From contig CBDCYI010000011.1 of NCBI GenBank assembly GCA_965224085.1, positions 32,001-96,000 of the forward strand: a stretch of 64,000 nucleotides of DNA, in the 5' to 3' direction. How positions within the stretch are numbered: the first letter of the stretch is position 1; each line of letters starts with the position of its first letter. The DNA is from Candidatus Marinacidobacterales bacterium. Lineage in GTDB: Bacteria; Acidobacteriota; Vicinamibacteria; Marinacidobacterales; SMYC01. The position numbers were made by a program, and so were the translations under genes. The notes beneath the pieces are model-generated. The model searched no databases. It was not told the origin of the DNA and was given only the letters and a program-made list of their open reading frames with translations. Below are positions 33,066 through 42,806 of the stretch, piece after piece.

Positions 33066-34378
33066 GCGCCGACGACCTCCTTCGCTCGGGCTTTCTTAGC
33101 CGCCTCGAAGCCTTGGTCGAGATCCCAGAGCAAGTCGTCGAGGCTCTCGGTGCCCACCGAGAGCCTCACGGTGCCGGCGCGCACACCCGCGGCCTCGAGC
33201 TCTTCGTCGTTGAGCTGCCGGTGGGTCGTGCTCCCCGGGTGAATGATCAAGCTTTTGGAATCGCCGACATTAGCGAGGTGCGACCAGAGCGTGACGCCGC
33301 CGATGAAGCCTTGGCCCTCGACACGGCCGCCTTTCAAATCGAATGAGAAGACTGCGCCCGCGCCCTTCGGGAGATATTTGTCGACGAGCGGCTTGTAGCG
33401 GCTTCTCTCGAGCCCTGGAAAGGTGACGCGCTCGACCATTGGGTGAGCATCCAAATATTTCGCGATCGCGATCGCGTTCTCGACGTGCCGCTCCATCCGA
33501 AGGGACAAGGTCTCGAGACCTTGCAGGAACAAAAAGGCGTTGAAGGGGCTCATCGCCGCGCCGAGATCGCGCAGCGTTTCGGCACGGAGCTTCATGCAGT
33601 ATCCGTAGGTGCCGAAGGTCTCGTGAAAGGCGAGCCCGTGATAGGCGGGCGAAGGATCTGCGACGACGGGGTAGCGGCCGTTCGACCAGTTGAACTCGCC
33701 GGAATCCACGACAATGCCGCCAATGCTCGTGCCGTGGCCGCCGATGAACTTCGTTGCCGAGTGGACGACGATGTCGGCGCCCCATTCGATGGGGCAGCAT
33801 AGGTAGGGCGTTGCGAACGTGCTGTCCACCATGAGCGGCACGTCGTGCTCGTGAGCGATGGCCGCGATGGCTTCGATGTCGAGTACATTCCCGCCCGGGT
33901 TGCCGATCGTCTCGCCGTAGAGAAGCTTCGTGTTGTCCTTGACGGCGCCTTTCCACGCATCGAGATCATCGGGGTCGACCCAGCTGAGCTCGACGGACAT
34001 CTTGCGGAAATAGTGCTTGAGCTGATTGACGGTGCCGCCGTAGAGTGCTCTCGACGCGACGACGTGGTCGCCCGGCTCGAGCATCGTGAACAGCGCGGCC
34101 GCTTGAGCCGCGATGCCGCTAGCGAAGGCCACGGCACCACAGCCACCTTCGAGATTGGCGACGCGCTCTTCGAGAGCTGCGACCGTCGGGTTCATGATGC
34201 GGGAATAGGTGTTTCCGTATTCCTTGAGATTGAAATAAGCGGCCGCCGATTCCGGATCTTCGAAGACGTAGCTCGTCGTCTGAAAGATAGGGACGGCACG
34301 GGCGCCGGTATTGGGCTCTGGCCTTTGACCCGCATGGACTTGCCGGGTCTCGAAGCCGAAAGCGCGAGGTTCTTCCAT
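33062..34378 (-). CDS. metY: O-acetylhomoserine aminocarboxypropyltransferase
   Basis: YSRIMNPT, ASG.AA, HSATKFIGGHG (PLP Lys), LANVGD.KSL.IHP..TTH. Confidence 0.93.
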   Translation of the reverse strand: MEEPRAFGFETRQVHAGQRPEPNTGARAVPIFQTTSYVFEDPESAAAYFNLKEYGNTYSRIMNPTVAALEERVANLEGGCGAVAFASGIAAQAAALFTMLEPGDHVVASRALYGGTVNQLKHYFRKMSVELSWVDPDDLDAWKGAVKDNTKLLYGETIGNPGGNVLDIEAIAAIAHEHDVPLMVDSTFATPYLCCPIEWGADIVVHSATKFIGGHGTSIGGIVVDSGEFNWSNGRYPVVADPSPAYHGLAFHETFGTYGYCMKLRAETLRDLGAAMSPFNAFLFLQGLETLSLRMERHVENAIAIAKYLDAHPMVERVTFPGLERSRYKPLVDKYLPKGAGAVFSFDLKGGRVEGQGFIGGVTLWSHLANVGDSKSLIIHPGSTTHRQLNDEELEAAGVRAGTVRLSVGTESLDDLLWDLDQGFEAAKKARAKEVVGA

Positions 34379-34391
34379 GGTGATACGCCTC

Positions 34392-35636
34392 CTATTGGCG
34401 AGCGAGAAAATCTCGGATCATCGGCGTCTGCCGCGCCTCTTCGAGCAGGAAGCAATCGTGCCCGTACGGTGCGTCGATGACGTGCAGCTCGACGTCTTTG
34501 TCGTTTGCCGTGAGAGCGGTGGCGAGTGCCTCTGAGTTCTCTGGCGGGTAGAGCCAATCCGAGCTGAAGCAGATGAGAAGTGTCTTGGCCTGAACCCCGG
34601 CTACGGCACGTTCCAGGCTGCCTTCGCCGTATTGTCGTGCCAGATCGAAATAGGTCAGGGCTCGAGACGTGTAGACGTAGGTATTGGCGTCGAACCGCTT
34701 GACGAACTTGTCGGCTTGGTGGCGAAGATAGCTCTCCACCTCGAAATCGGGAGAGGTCAAGCTATAGGAAACCTCGTCCTTGTCCTGGAGGCGTCTCCCG
34801 AACTTCTCCTTCATGGAGGCAGCGGAGAGATAAGTAATGTGACCCACCATCCGCGCTAGAGCCATACCCGTTCGGGGCTCGCGGCCGGTCCTATAATAAT
34901 GACCGTCTTGCCAGTCGGGGTCGGTGACGATGGCGTTGCGAGCGATGGCGTTCCACGCGACACCTTGGGCGTTCAGCGCGTGCGTGCTCGCGATGGGTAT
35001 GATGGCTCGGACGGCATCGGGATACAGAATGGCCCACTCGAGGGCCTGCATCCCGCCAAGCGAGCCCCCGGAGACGGCAAAAAGCTCGTGGATATCGAGC
35101 TCTTTTAAAAGACCGCGCTGTGCGCGGACCATATCGGCGACGGTGATGACGGGAAAGTCGGATCCGTAGGGCTTGGCATTCTTAGTCTCAGTCCCAGTGG
35201 CAGTCTCAGTGGCCGGGTTTTTGGACGACGGTCCTGTAGAGCCGCGGCAGCCGCCGATGAGATTCGTGCTCACAACGTAGTACTTTTCGGTGTCGAAGGC
35301 TTTGCCGGGACCGATCATGCCGTCCCACCAACCCAGGCCTGCTTTTTTCGAAGCGTCCCGCTCATCGGCGCGGAAGCCGTCGCGAGTACTCTCGCCCGTC
35401 GGCCGCGCCGCGTAGCCAGCTGCGTGGGCGTCGCCGCTCAGAGCGTGGCAGACGAGGATGACGTTGTCTTTGCTCGGCGAAAGGGTGCCGTAGGTTTCAT
35501 AAGCGATCCGAACCGGGGAGAGCTCGCTCCCGCAATCCAGTGCGAGTGGTTCGCGTAGCTCGAGGTGCTGGGTCTCGACCATACCGACGGCACCGTCCTC
35601 CGGCCTCACCGTGGGTTTCGTCATGGGTTGCATCAT
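34392..35636 (-). CDS. metX: Homoserine O-acetyltransferase
   Basis: CHALSGD, GGC.GSTGP, GGSLGGMQ, RFDAN, GHD.FL. Confidence 0.95.
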   Translation of the reverse strand: MMQPMTKPTVRPEDGAVGMVETQHLELREPLALDCGSELSPVRIAYETYGTLSPSKDNVILVCHALSGDAHAAGYAARPTGESTRDGFRADERDASKKAGLGWWDGMIGPGKAFDTEKYYVVSTNLIGGCRGSTGPSSKNPATETATGTETKNAKPYGSDFPVITVADMVRAQRGLLKELDIHELFAVSGGSLGGMQALEWAILYPDAVRAIIPIASTHALNAQGVAWNAIARNAIVTDPDWQDGHYYRTGREPRTGMALARMVGHITYLSAASMKEKFGRRLQDKDEVSYSLTSPDFEVESYLRHQADKFVKRFDANTYVYTSRALTYFDLARQYGEGSLERAVAGVQAKTLLICFSSDWLYPPENSEALATALTANDKDVELHVIDAPYGHDCFLLEEARQTPMIRDFLARQ

Positions 35637-35716
35637 ACATCTATCTGGCCTCGTCAGAGGCCTTGAGGGATCTGTCTGAGATCTTATGCCTATCTACACG
35701 AAGCGTTAACTGCGTG

Positions 35717-35771
35717 GCGGAGGAGGAGCTCTTCCAACCATCTCGGGCGGTTGGCCCCTGATTAACCTCGC
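35717..35771 (+). ncRNA. Structured RNA candidate (resembles the Acido-Lenti-1 motif from memory)
   Basis: Nested pairings GAGG/CCTC and CCAACC/GGTTGG, with AGGAG and CCCCTGA internal segments; intergenic. Confidence 0.4.
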
Positions 35772-36063
35772 TTCCTGAGCGGAGAAAAAAGCTGCGCCGG
35801 GCAACGTTGACGCGGTGGGGCCAGTGCCGGTCGGCTCGGCATTCGGGCGGAAGAACGTCATTTCTCGCCTCTTTCTTTGGCAGCTCGAATTTTTCCGAAA
35901 AAATGGATTCCCCATGATCCATTTCGATTCCTGATTGCGGTTGTTTATTCGACGGTTGTTCTGGCTGTAACAACCGAAAAAGTCGTTATTAATTAACCCT
36001 AATCGCAAAATCTTCGAAGCACGAAAACGCGAAACAGCCGCACTGGGCGCAGGCGAGAAGCTC

Positions 36064-36755
36064 GTGCTGGGGCACCCGCTCGCCGCCACTATAGAGGCGC
36101 AGGAATCACACTGGGGTGTCACCATGAGTTTCGTGCCTCGGTGGAAGTCGACCCCGGAGCTCTACGAGCTCCTGTACGACGACGCGGATCTCGATGCGCA
36201 CGGCAAGGAGTTCCGCATTGGCGTGGCACGTGGGAGGGACCTCGGCGGTGACTGGAGCGTCACGTTCGTCCGAAACTGGTTCTCCTCAGACCAGGTGTTC
36301 GATGATACTTTCGAGCAGACCGTCTTCCTCCCACCAGACTTTATGACCTCTGAAACCGTCACTGAAGGCAGCATCTTCACTATCCCTGGCGACATCGAGG
36401 TCTTGGGTGTCAAGTATGAGAGGTTCACGCCGTTCGTGACCATCCGGGACCGCGTCCAGATCGGTATCACCTACGGTGCTGGTATCGGCTCACTGAGTGG
36501 CACCGTCATCGAGCAACGGTTCGAGGCTTTCGACCTGACACGGGAGAGCCGATTATCCCACCTACCGAGACGATCATCGAAAGAGACATCAAAGAGTTCT
36601 ATGCCCTTGACTTCGTGCCGATCGGCAGCGTCGAGGCAGCTGTGGCCTTTGTGCTTGCACCAGGATTGAAGGCGCGGGTAACGGGTGGCTTCAACTACCC
36701 GAACACCCAGGTCTTCTCCTTTACGGTCAACTACTTGTTCGGAGCCTCGCGATGA
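36064..36755 (+). pseudogene. Outer-membrane beta-barrel-like hypothetical protein, frameshifted near 36540, 5' end uncertain
   Basis: Alternating amphipathic strands; second frame ends GGFNYP..FSFTVNYLFGASR*. Confidence 0.55.
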
Positions 36756-36869
36756 GACGACCAGCCCGAGCCACGGCGGGGCGACGCTTGTCGCGAAGGC
36801 GCCCCGGCGTGCGGGCTGCCAGCGTCGGAGCCGGACGTCAGCAAATGTCCAGATCTATCTTGCCCCGCC

Positions 36870-37540
36870 CGGAGGCCTGTTCTCGCGGAGGTTGTGCCGG
36901 GCCCCGAGAACGGCCGCGTGCAGGTGAACCCCGACGGCACCATGGACGTGACGTGGAAGCTTCGTGAGGGCATTCTGTGGCACGACGGCACGCCGCACAC
37001 TTCTGCGGACGTCTCCTTCACCGTCGCAGCCATCAACGATCCGAGCTACAACCCCGAATCGACCGAAGGCTTCGATCTCATCGACTCCGTCGCCCCCCTG
37101 ACGCGTTCACGGCCGTCGTCAAGTATCGCGAGATCTATGCCGCCTATCAGGATCAGTTCTGGCGCGGCACGCTTCCGAAGCACGTTCTCGCCGGGAAGGA
37201 CTTGAACGCGTTTCCCGAATATGACCGCAACCCGCTCGGAACAGGCCCATATCGTGCGAAAGAGTGGAAGACCGGAGAGTATTTGCTGCTCGAGCGTCAC
37301 GAAGATTATTGGCGCGGGCCGGCCGCGATCATCCACTTCGCCCCGCCGTTAGCCGCTATCGAGGCCGGCGGTCAATGGAATACCTACGAGATCACGGCTT
37401 TCGGCTCTCACATCGTCGTCCATCTGAACGACACGCTGGTAGTCGACCTCGAGGACGAGAGCTACTCCGCGAGGCCCATTGCTTTGCAGAACAACGGTGG
37501 TTTCATTCGATTTCGCAACGTGCAAGTGAAGCTGCTTTGA
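36870..37540 (+). pseudogene. Chimeric fragments: family-5 ABC substrate-binding protein fused to a DUF1080 C-terminus
   Basis: TWKLREGILWHDGTP..ADV.F and PLGTGPY..EW (SBP5), then GQWNTYEI..G..I.V.LN..IALQ..IRFRNV (DUF1080). Confidence 0.7.
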
Positions 37541-39040
37541 CTATCCTCGCGAGCGCGGCTCGAGCAGGATCTCTCCGAGGATGAGCGCTTCGGCAAAGTT
37601 CTGACGTGTCCATCCCTTGGACGGCGTCGTTGGTTGAGCGGCGCGCTTGGCCCGCCGCTTCGGGACGCTCTTCTGACTCAGCGATTGGTAGAGGCTCGCG
37701 TGGATCGTGACGAGGGCGTCGGGAGACTCGAGGGCCGCGTCGATGGCGCCGGCGACGATGGCTCGCGCGGAGCCACGTGCTTGCTCTCCAGCCGAAAGCG
37801 CCACTTTGGCGTCGCCGGCGTCTTGCGCACGGATATTCCAATCGGAAAGTCCTGGCACATATTCGAGCCGTGTGCCTCCAAGAGATGGGAGCGACGCTTG
37901 GAACAATTGGTCGACGAGGTTCGCGGCTGCCTCGAGAACGGGCGCTGCCGGAAGCTGTGACGTGGAGCCCAAGAAGCCGAGCCTCGACGGTTCGCCGTGG
38001 CTCGCGTCCCACGCGTCGCGGACGTCCGTGGCTTCGTGGTCGTAGCCCATGCGCAAGACCCATTGCGCCGTCACGTGGACGCGAGCGTGCGGCGGAGGCT
38101 CGGCGTGGATGCTGCCATCTGTGTTGAGATGGATGGAGGTCACGCTGGCCGGCGCGTCGGGTCGAGCGTAGAGCCGCGCGAGGGCACGAAGATAGGCAGG
38201 GCCGAAGAAAAGAGCGCCGACCGCATCGGCGAGGATGCGATGGAGCCACGACGCGAAGAGAACCCCCGTGATGGCGGTGGCGTCGGCGCCGATGCGCGCT
38301 TCGTTCGAGCCGAGCCCAAGCGCATCGTAGATATCTTGGTGGAGCTCGGGAGCGCTCCTCTCGATGTAGCGCGTTAGAGGGTCGGCGAAGAGCGCCCAGT
38401 GAGAAGGGTCCGCCATCGCTGAGCGCGCCACGAACAGCGTGGACGGCGCGAGCGGGGAGGTGCGCAGCCGATCGTCTCCCGCGACGTCCCAGACGACCGC
38501 GACCGGGGGTGCGAGACTTCCGTCCGCTTTTTTGGCCTCGTAGAAATCTGCGACGAGACGATCGGCGATGAGGCCCGGCCCTTGAATCTCGCGCCGGGCC
38601 CGGATCGTCGAATGCATACGCCCTGCCCGCAGCAAGTCGCGATGGAACGCGACCGAAGCGTTCGCTTGCAGCAACGCGGCTGTTCGGTTCGCCGATGTCT
38701 CGTCACCGAGATCGCGCCGAAGCGCCGAGGCTTCGTTGCGAAAGCGCTCGTCGTAAAAAGCGACTTGCGCCCGGACTTTCTCGTCGAGCTCGGGGAGGGT
38801 AGCTTCGATCTCTTTCTCGAGCTGTCCGAGAGCTTCGCTCGCACGCTCGCTCGGGCTGGCGGCCCGCACCGGAAGCGGAGGTGGAGCCTTCGGGAGCTCG
38901 GTGCGCGCGCGCACGGGCTCGGGGGGCGGGTGTGGCGGCGGTGGTTGGGATTTCGCCTTCGTTTTCTTAGCGGCCGCTAGCGCTTGCGAGACGAGCCAAT
39001 AGAGGAAGAGCGCGACGTAGAAATAGTCTCCGGAATCCAT
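37541..39040 (-). CDS. Membrane-anchored hypothetical protein downstream of floA
   Basis: N-terminal TM, Pro-rich linker, W...ILADA.G...GPAY and PP..R motifs, C-terminal EALILGEILLEP. Confidence 0.75.
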   Translation of the reverse strand: MDSGDYFYVALFLYWLVSQALAAAKKTKAKSQPPPPHPPPEPVRARTELPKAPPPLPVRAASPSERASEALGQLEKEIEATLPELDEKVRAQVAFYDERFRNEASALRRDLGDETSANRTAALLQANASVAFHRDLLRAGRMHSTIRARREIQGPGLIADRLVADFYEAKKADGSLAPPVAVVWDVAGDDRLRTSPLAPSTLFVARSAMADPSHWALFADPLTRYIERSAPELHQDIYDALGLGSNEARIGADATAITGVLFASWLHRILADAVGALFFGPAYLRALARLYARPDAPASVTSIHLNTDGSIHAEPPPHARVHVTAQWVLRMGYDHEATDVRDAWDASHGEPSRLGFLGSTSQLPAAPVLEAAANLVDQLFQASLPSLGGTRLEYVPGLSDWNIRAQDAGDAKVALSAGEQARGSARAIVAGAIDAALESPDALVTIHASLYQSLSQKSVPKRRAKRAAQPTTPSKGWTRQNFAEALILGEILLEPRSRG

Positions 39041-39046
39041 CGGTAG

Positions 39047-39187
39047 CTACCTCTTCGATCGCGGCAAGCGCGGCGGCTTCCGTCCCTTCGGCGGAGCGAG
39101 TGCTACGGCGAGAACGAGCCGATCGCGGAGCCGCTTCGGTTTCCGAAACAGCTCCGCGAGGCGGAGCTTCTTACGTTTCGTCGCCAC
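39047..39187 (-). CDS. Small basic protein (46 aa) overlapping the floA stop
   Basis: GTG start with GAGGG RBS; [46 protein letters not shown]. Confidence 0.5.
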   Translation of the reverse strand: MATKRKKLRLAELFRKPKRLRDRLVLAVALAPPKGRKPPRLPRSKR

Positions 39188-40157
39188 TCGAGCCCTCGTC
39201 TTCCGAATCAGCCGAGCGCGAGATAGAGTCGCGCATCTTGGTGTCGGAGACGACGTTCTTCATGTTGTAGTAATCCATGACCCCGAGATGACCGTCGCGA
39301 AACGCTTGCGACATCGCGAGCGGCACTTCTGCTTCGGCCTCGACGACTTTGGCGCGCATCTCGTGGACGCGCGCTCTCATTTCTTGTTCCTGAGCGACCG
39401 CCATCGCGCGACGGCCCTCGGCCTTGGCTTGCGCGATCTGTTTGTCGGCTTCGGCCTGCTCGGTCTGGAGCTTGGCGCCGATATTGGCGCCTACGTCGAC
39501 ATCGGCGATGTCGATGGAAAGGATCTCGAACGCGGTTCCGGCGTCGAGACCCTTCGACAACACGGTCTTCGAGATCGTGTCCGGGTTCTCGAGCACGGCT
39601 TTGTGAGACACCGACGAGCCGATGGTCGACACGACGCCTTCTCCGACGCGTGCGACGATGGTCTCTTCGCCAGCGCCGCCGACGAGGCGATCGATGTCGG
39701 CGCGCACGGTGACGCGGCTCAAAGCGACGAGCTGAATGCCGTCTTTCGCGACCGCGGCGACTTTGGGCGTCGTGATGACTTTCGGGTTGACGCTCATCTG
39801 AACGGCTTCGAGCACGTTACGTCCGGCGAGATCGATGGCGGTAGCTTGCGAGAACGTGAGCTTGATGTTGGCTTTGTCCGCGGAAATGAGGGCGTTCACG
39901 ACGCGATCGACATTGCCACCGGCGAGGAAGTGAGCTTCGAGCTGATCCACACTCAAGTCGAGGCCGGCTTTGACAGCGCTGATGCGCGGTTTGACGATCA
40001 TCGATGGAGACACGCGGCGCAGTCGCATCGCGATGAGTGTGCCGATGCCGACATAGGCGCCGGATGAAAAGGCCGCAATCCACAATCCGAGCGGTACGAA
40101 GTACAAGATGAATCCCATGCCGACGAGAATCAGCAGGGCAAGGGCAGTGAATCCCAT
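39171..40157 (-). CDS. floA: Flotillin-like protein FloA (YqfA)
   Basis: [51 protein letters not shown]. Confidence 0.95.
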   Translation of the reverse strand: MGFTALALLILVGMGFILYFVPLGLWIAAFSSGAYVGIGTLIAMRLRRVSPSMIVKPRISAVKAGLDLSVDQLEAHFLAGGNVDRVVNALISADKANIKLTFSQATAIDLAGRNVLEAVQMSVNPKVITTPKVAAVAKDGIQLVALSRVTVRADIDRLVGGAGEETIVARVGEGVVSTIGSSVSHKAVLENPDTISKTVLSKGLDAGTAFEILSIDIADVDVGANIGAKLQTEQAEADKQIAQAKAEGRRAMAVAQEQEMRARVHEMRAKVVEAEAEVPLAMSQAFRDGHLGVMDYYNMKNVVSDTKMRDSISRSADSEDEGSSGDET

Positions 40158-40171
40158 GAACTAACCTCCTT

Positions 40172-40660
40172 TTAAGTAGGCAACGCGTTCTCCGACGCTG
40201 CCGCTTCGACTACGATGCGGGAGCCCCGGACCTCGGTTATGACGACACGCGTATGCGTGTCGATGAACTCGCCTTCGGTGACGACGCTTTGACGGTCTTC
40301 GCCAAATCGGGCTACGCCGGCGGGTCTCAGATCGGACTCAGTGACGCCAACGTCTCCGGGCTCGAGTGTCGTCTCGGCCGCTTTGGCAGTTGCCAGTGTC
40401 GACGAGTGTACGACATCCTTGCCAAAACGGGTTTTTGGAAGCCACCACATCGCGACGGTTACGGAGCTCAGTACGAGCACGATCGTGAACGTCCCCAAAG
40501 CGGCGTCGAACTGCTGATAGGCGAGATAGCAACCCGCCCCGAGACTGATGAGGCCGGCAATTCCCGGGACCCCGAAGCCAGGGATGACGAACGCCTCGAC
40601 GGCCAACAAGAGATAGCCGGTGACGAGAAGTGCGATGACGGTCAGAGTCGGATCGCTCAA
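40172..40660 (-). CDS. Short NfeD-family protein (TM + OB fold)
   Basis: E.F.IPGFGVPGI, SDLRPAG, V.TEGEFI; TTG start overlaps the upstream stop. Confidence 0.88.
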   Translation of the reverse strand: MSDPTLTVIALLVTGYLLLAVEAFVIPGFGVPGIAGLISLGAGCYLAYQQFDAALGTFTIVLVLSSVTVAMWWLPKTRFGKDVVHSSTLATAKAAETTLEPGDVGVTESDLRPAGVARFGEDRQSVVTEGEFIDTHTRVVITEVRGSRIVVEAAASENALPT

Positions 40661-42039
40661 GCATCCTCGCGCACGACAGCATTTCCGGAGCGCCAAGCAA
40701 TGATCGTCACTCGGGCGCCGTTGCTGATGAAATCGCCTTCGGAGACGGCATCGATGCGCGCGCCGTCGATTTGGATCTTGCCCGCAGGGCGCAAGTCCGT
40801 AATGGCTTCGCCTGTGGTGCCGAGCGGAAAGCTTTCCTTCTCGTCTTCATCATGCGAGCTGAACCCGTCCTCGGCTTTGAGCGCTTTGTCTAACACCATG
40901 CGGCGCGCGGTACGCGTCGATGGCAGGAATCGCACGAGGAGAACGCCGGCGACTCCCGTGCCGACGATCGCTGTCGACACCGTGAAGAGTGCTTCATTGA
41001 GAAATCCCAGATCCCAGGACACGCGGAGATCGAGTGCTAAAAGCGACATGACGATGCCGGCGAACATCAAGGCAGCCCCGCTGATGCCGGCAATGCCGAA
41101 GCCGGGGATGACGAGAAGCTCGAGGAGCACGAGGACGCCGCCGAGCACGAAGAGAAGAAGCTCCTCCCAGCCAGCGAGCTGCGCGACGTGGTGGCCGAAG
41201 AAAAACGTGACGAGCGATAATGCGCCAAGAGCGCCGGGAAGCCCGAACCCCGGATGCTGGATCTCGACATAGATCCCGAGCATTCCGAGCATGAGCAAGA
41301 TCGAGGTCACTTGGGGGTCCGAGACGACGCGCGCCAGCGACTCGGCCCACGTGAGCGAGCGATCGAGAACGGTCGCGCCCGACAAGCCCAAAGCTTCGAG
41401 CGCGTCGTCCACCGTACCGGCTTCGTGGTCGGCGATCTCGAGCGCGAGTGCTTCTTCGGTGCTGAGAGTGAGCACTTTGCCTTTTTCGACGACCCCCTCG
41501 ATCTCGATCTCCCGATCCACCATGGCTTCGGCGACGTCGCCGCGACGCCCGCGCGTCTCGGCGGTGGTGCGCATCTCGGTGCGCATGTAGGACATCATCT
41601 TCTCGTCGACCGCGGTCGGCTCTTCCGTTTGGCCTCCGCTATAGATAGGTGTTGCGGCGCCGATGGAGCCTCCGGGAGCGATGACGATTTCTTCGCAAGC
41701 CAAGGAGATGAGAGCGCCAGCCGAGATCGCGCGCGGGTGGATGAACGCAACGGTGCGCACGGGCGATTCGAGAAGCGCGTCGCGGATGAGCACCGCCGCG
41801 TCCACGCGCCCGCCGAAAGTGTCGATGTCGAGGAGCACGACCGCGCCTTCGATCTCCAAGGCTTCGTCGACGACGCGCGAAACGAACGGTGCGAGCCCGT
41901 GATCGATCGTGCCTTCAACGGGGATCCGGAACACTGTCGGAGTTTCATCGCTTGGGACACCGAGGGCACGACCGAGCACAGCGTTGAGCACTAGAAGCAG
42001 CCAAACAGCTTCGAGGTGCGATCGAGGTTTCTTCGTCAC
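40657..42039 (-). CDS. Long NfeD/YqeZ membrane-bound ClpP-class serine protease
   Basis: DIDTFGGRVD, AISAGALI, GAATP, AEAMVD, PGFG repeats, TDLRPAG OB fold. Confidence 0.92.
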   Translation of the reverse strand: MTKKPRSHLEAVWLLLVLNAVLGRALGVPSDETPTVFRIPVEGTIDHGLAPFVSRVVDEALEIEGAVVLLDIDTFGGRVDAAVLIRDALLESPVRTVAFIHPRAISAGALISLACEEIVIAPGGSIGAATPIYSGGQTEEPTAVDEKMMSYMRTEMRTTAETRGRRGDVAEAMVDREIEIEGVVEKGKVLTLSTEEALALEIADHEAGTVDDALEALGLSGATVLDRSLTWAESLARVVSDPQVTSILLMLGMLGIYVEIQHPGFGLPGALGALSLVTFFFGHHVAQLAGWEELLLFVLGGVLVLLELLVIPGFGIAGISGAALMFAGIVMSLLALDLRVSWDLGFLNEALFTVSTAIVGTGVAGVLLVRFLPSTRTARRMVLDKALKAEDGFSSHDEDEKESFPLGTTGEAITDLRPAGKIQIDGARIDAVSEGDFISNGARVTIIAWRSGNAVVREDA

Positions 42040-42344
42040 GTCATCCTTTCGGAGGGCCAAGGGATGTCGTTGTGGTGGCTCTGAAATCCGTTGTCCACAT
42101 TGTATAACAAGCGTCCGAGCCGTGGCGGCATGCGAGCGCATGGCTTGGGATCAGACGTTCTCAAAGAAAACGGGACGCGTCGAGTGATCGCCTAAAGTTA
42201 TAAAAATAAGTACTTTAGTACAGGTTGGCTACAAAGCTGAGTCCGGGTGCCGTTCCGGGTCCCCAAGGTGCCGCTCCGCGTGGCTTGGCGACCGTTCTTG
42301 CCGGTAAAGCTCGCCTGGCTAGTATGGATCCATAAACTGTGCGC

Positions 42345-42806
42345 ATGCTGATCTGGGCGCAGACCAAACAAGGCGCGTGGAGTGCCACGCGCATACCCGG
42401 CGAAAACGGCCTTTCCATCGCCTCGAGCGTGTTCGTCCTGTGCTTAAAAGGCCACCATGCGTGCGGCATCTTCGTTCATGGTGACGCGGATGTCAACGGT
42501 TGTGCGGCGCTCCCGTTTCACGTTCTCGATCATCGAGACGAGATCCGCGTCGACGGTAACCTTTATTACATAAGCGCCGCGTCGGCGCCGGAGCCTTACC
42601 CCTTCGTGCCCGCCGACAAACCGATCCTCTGCGCGCGATGCGGCGACGAGCCCAAGGCGGCGGAACTTGTCGTGCGCTGTCCTCTCTGTGACGCGCTGCA
42701 TCACCACATCGAGTGTTTCGACTACGACCCCGAGTGCGGTGCGTGCAAGCGGGTGACGTCGTGGATGCCGGATTCCCTCGAGGAGAACGAGCGATGGCAT
42801 CACTGA
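42345..42806 (+). CDS. Prokaryotic RING-finger protein with a possible FHA-like N-terminus
   Basis: CxxC-x12-CxxC-xxx-HH(H)-xx-C-x6-CxxC; VNG...L...DEI.V upstream. Confidence 0.7.
   Translation: MLIWAQTKQGAWSATRIPGENGLSIASSVFVLCLKGHHACGIFVHGDADVNGCAALPFHVLDHRDEIRVDGNLYYISAASAPEPYPFVPADKPILCARCGDEPKAAELVVRCPLCDALHHHIECFDYDPECGACKRVTSWMPDSLEENERWHH

Noticed and set aside
35184-35213. Short ACT-rich duplication within metX (ATETATGTET)
   Set aside because: Small in-frame loop insertion; catalytic motifs are unaffected.
35790-35835. SAM-IV-like string (GGCAAC..GCGGTGGGG..TGCC) near metX
   Set aside because: It lies on the strand opposite metX and the remaining riboswitch elements are missing.
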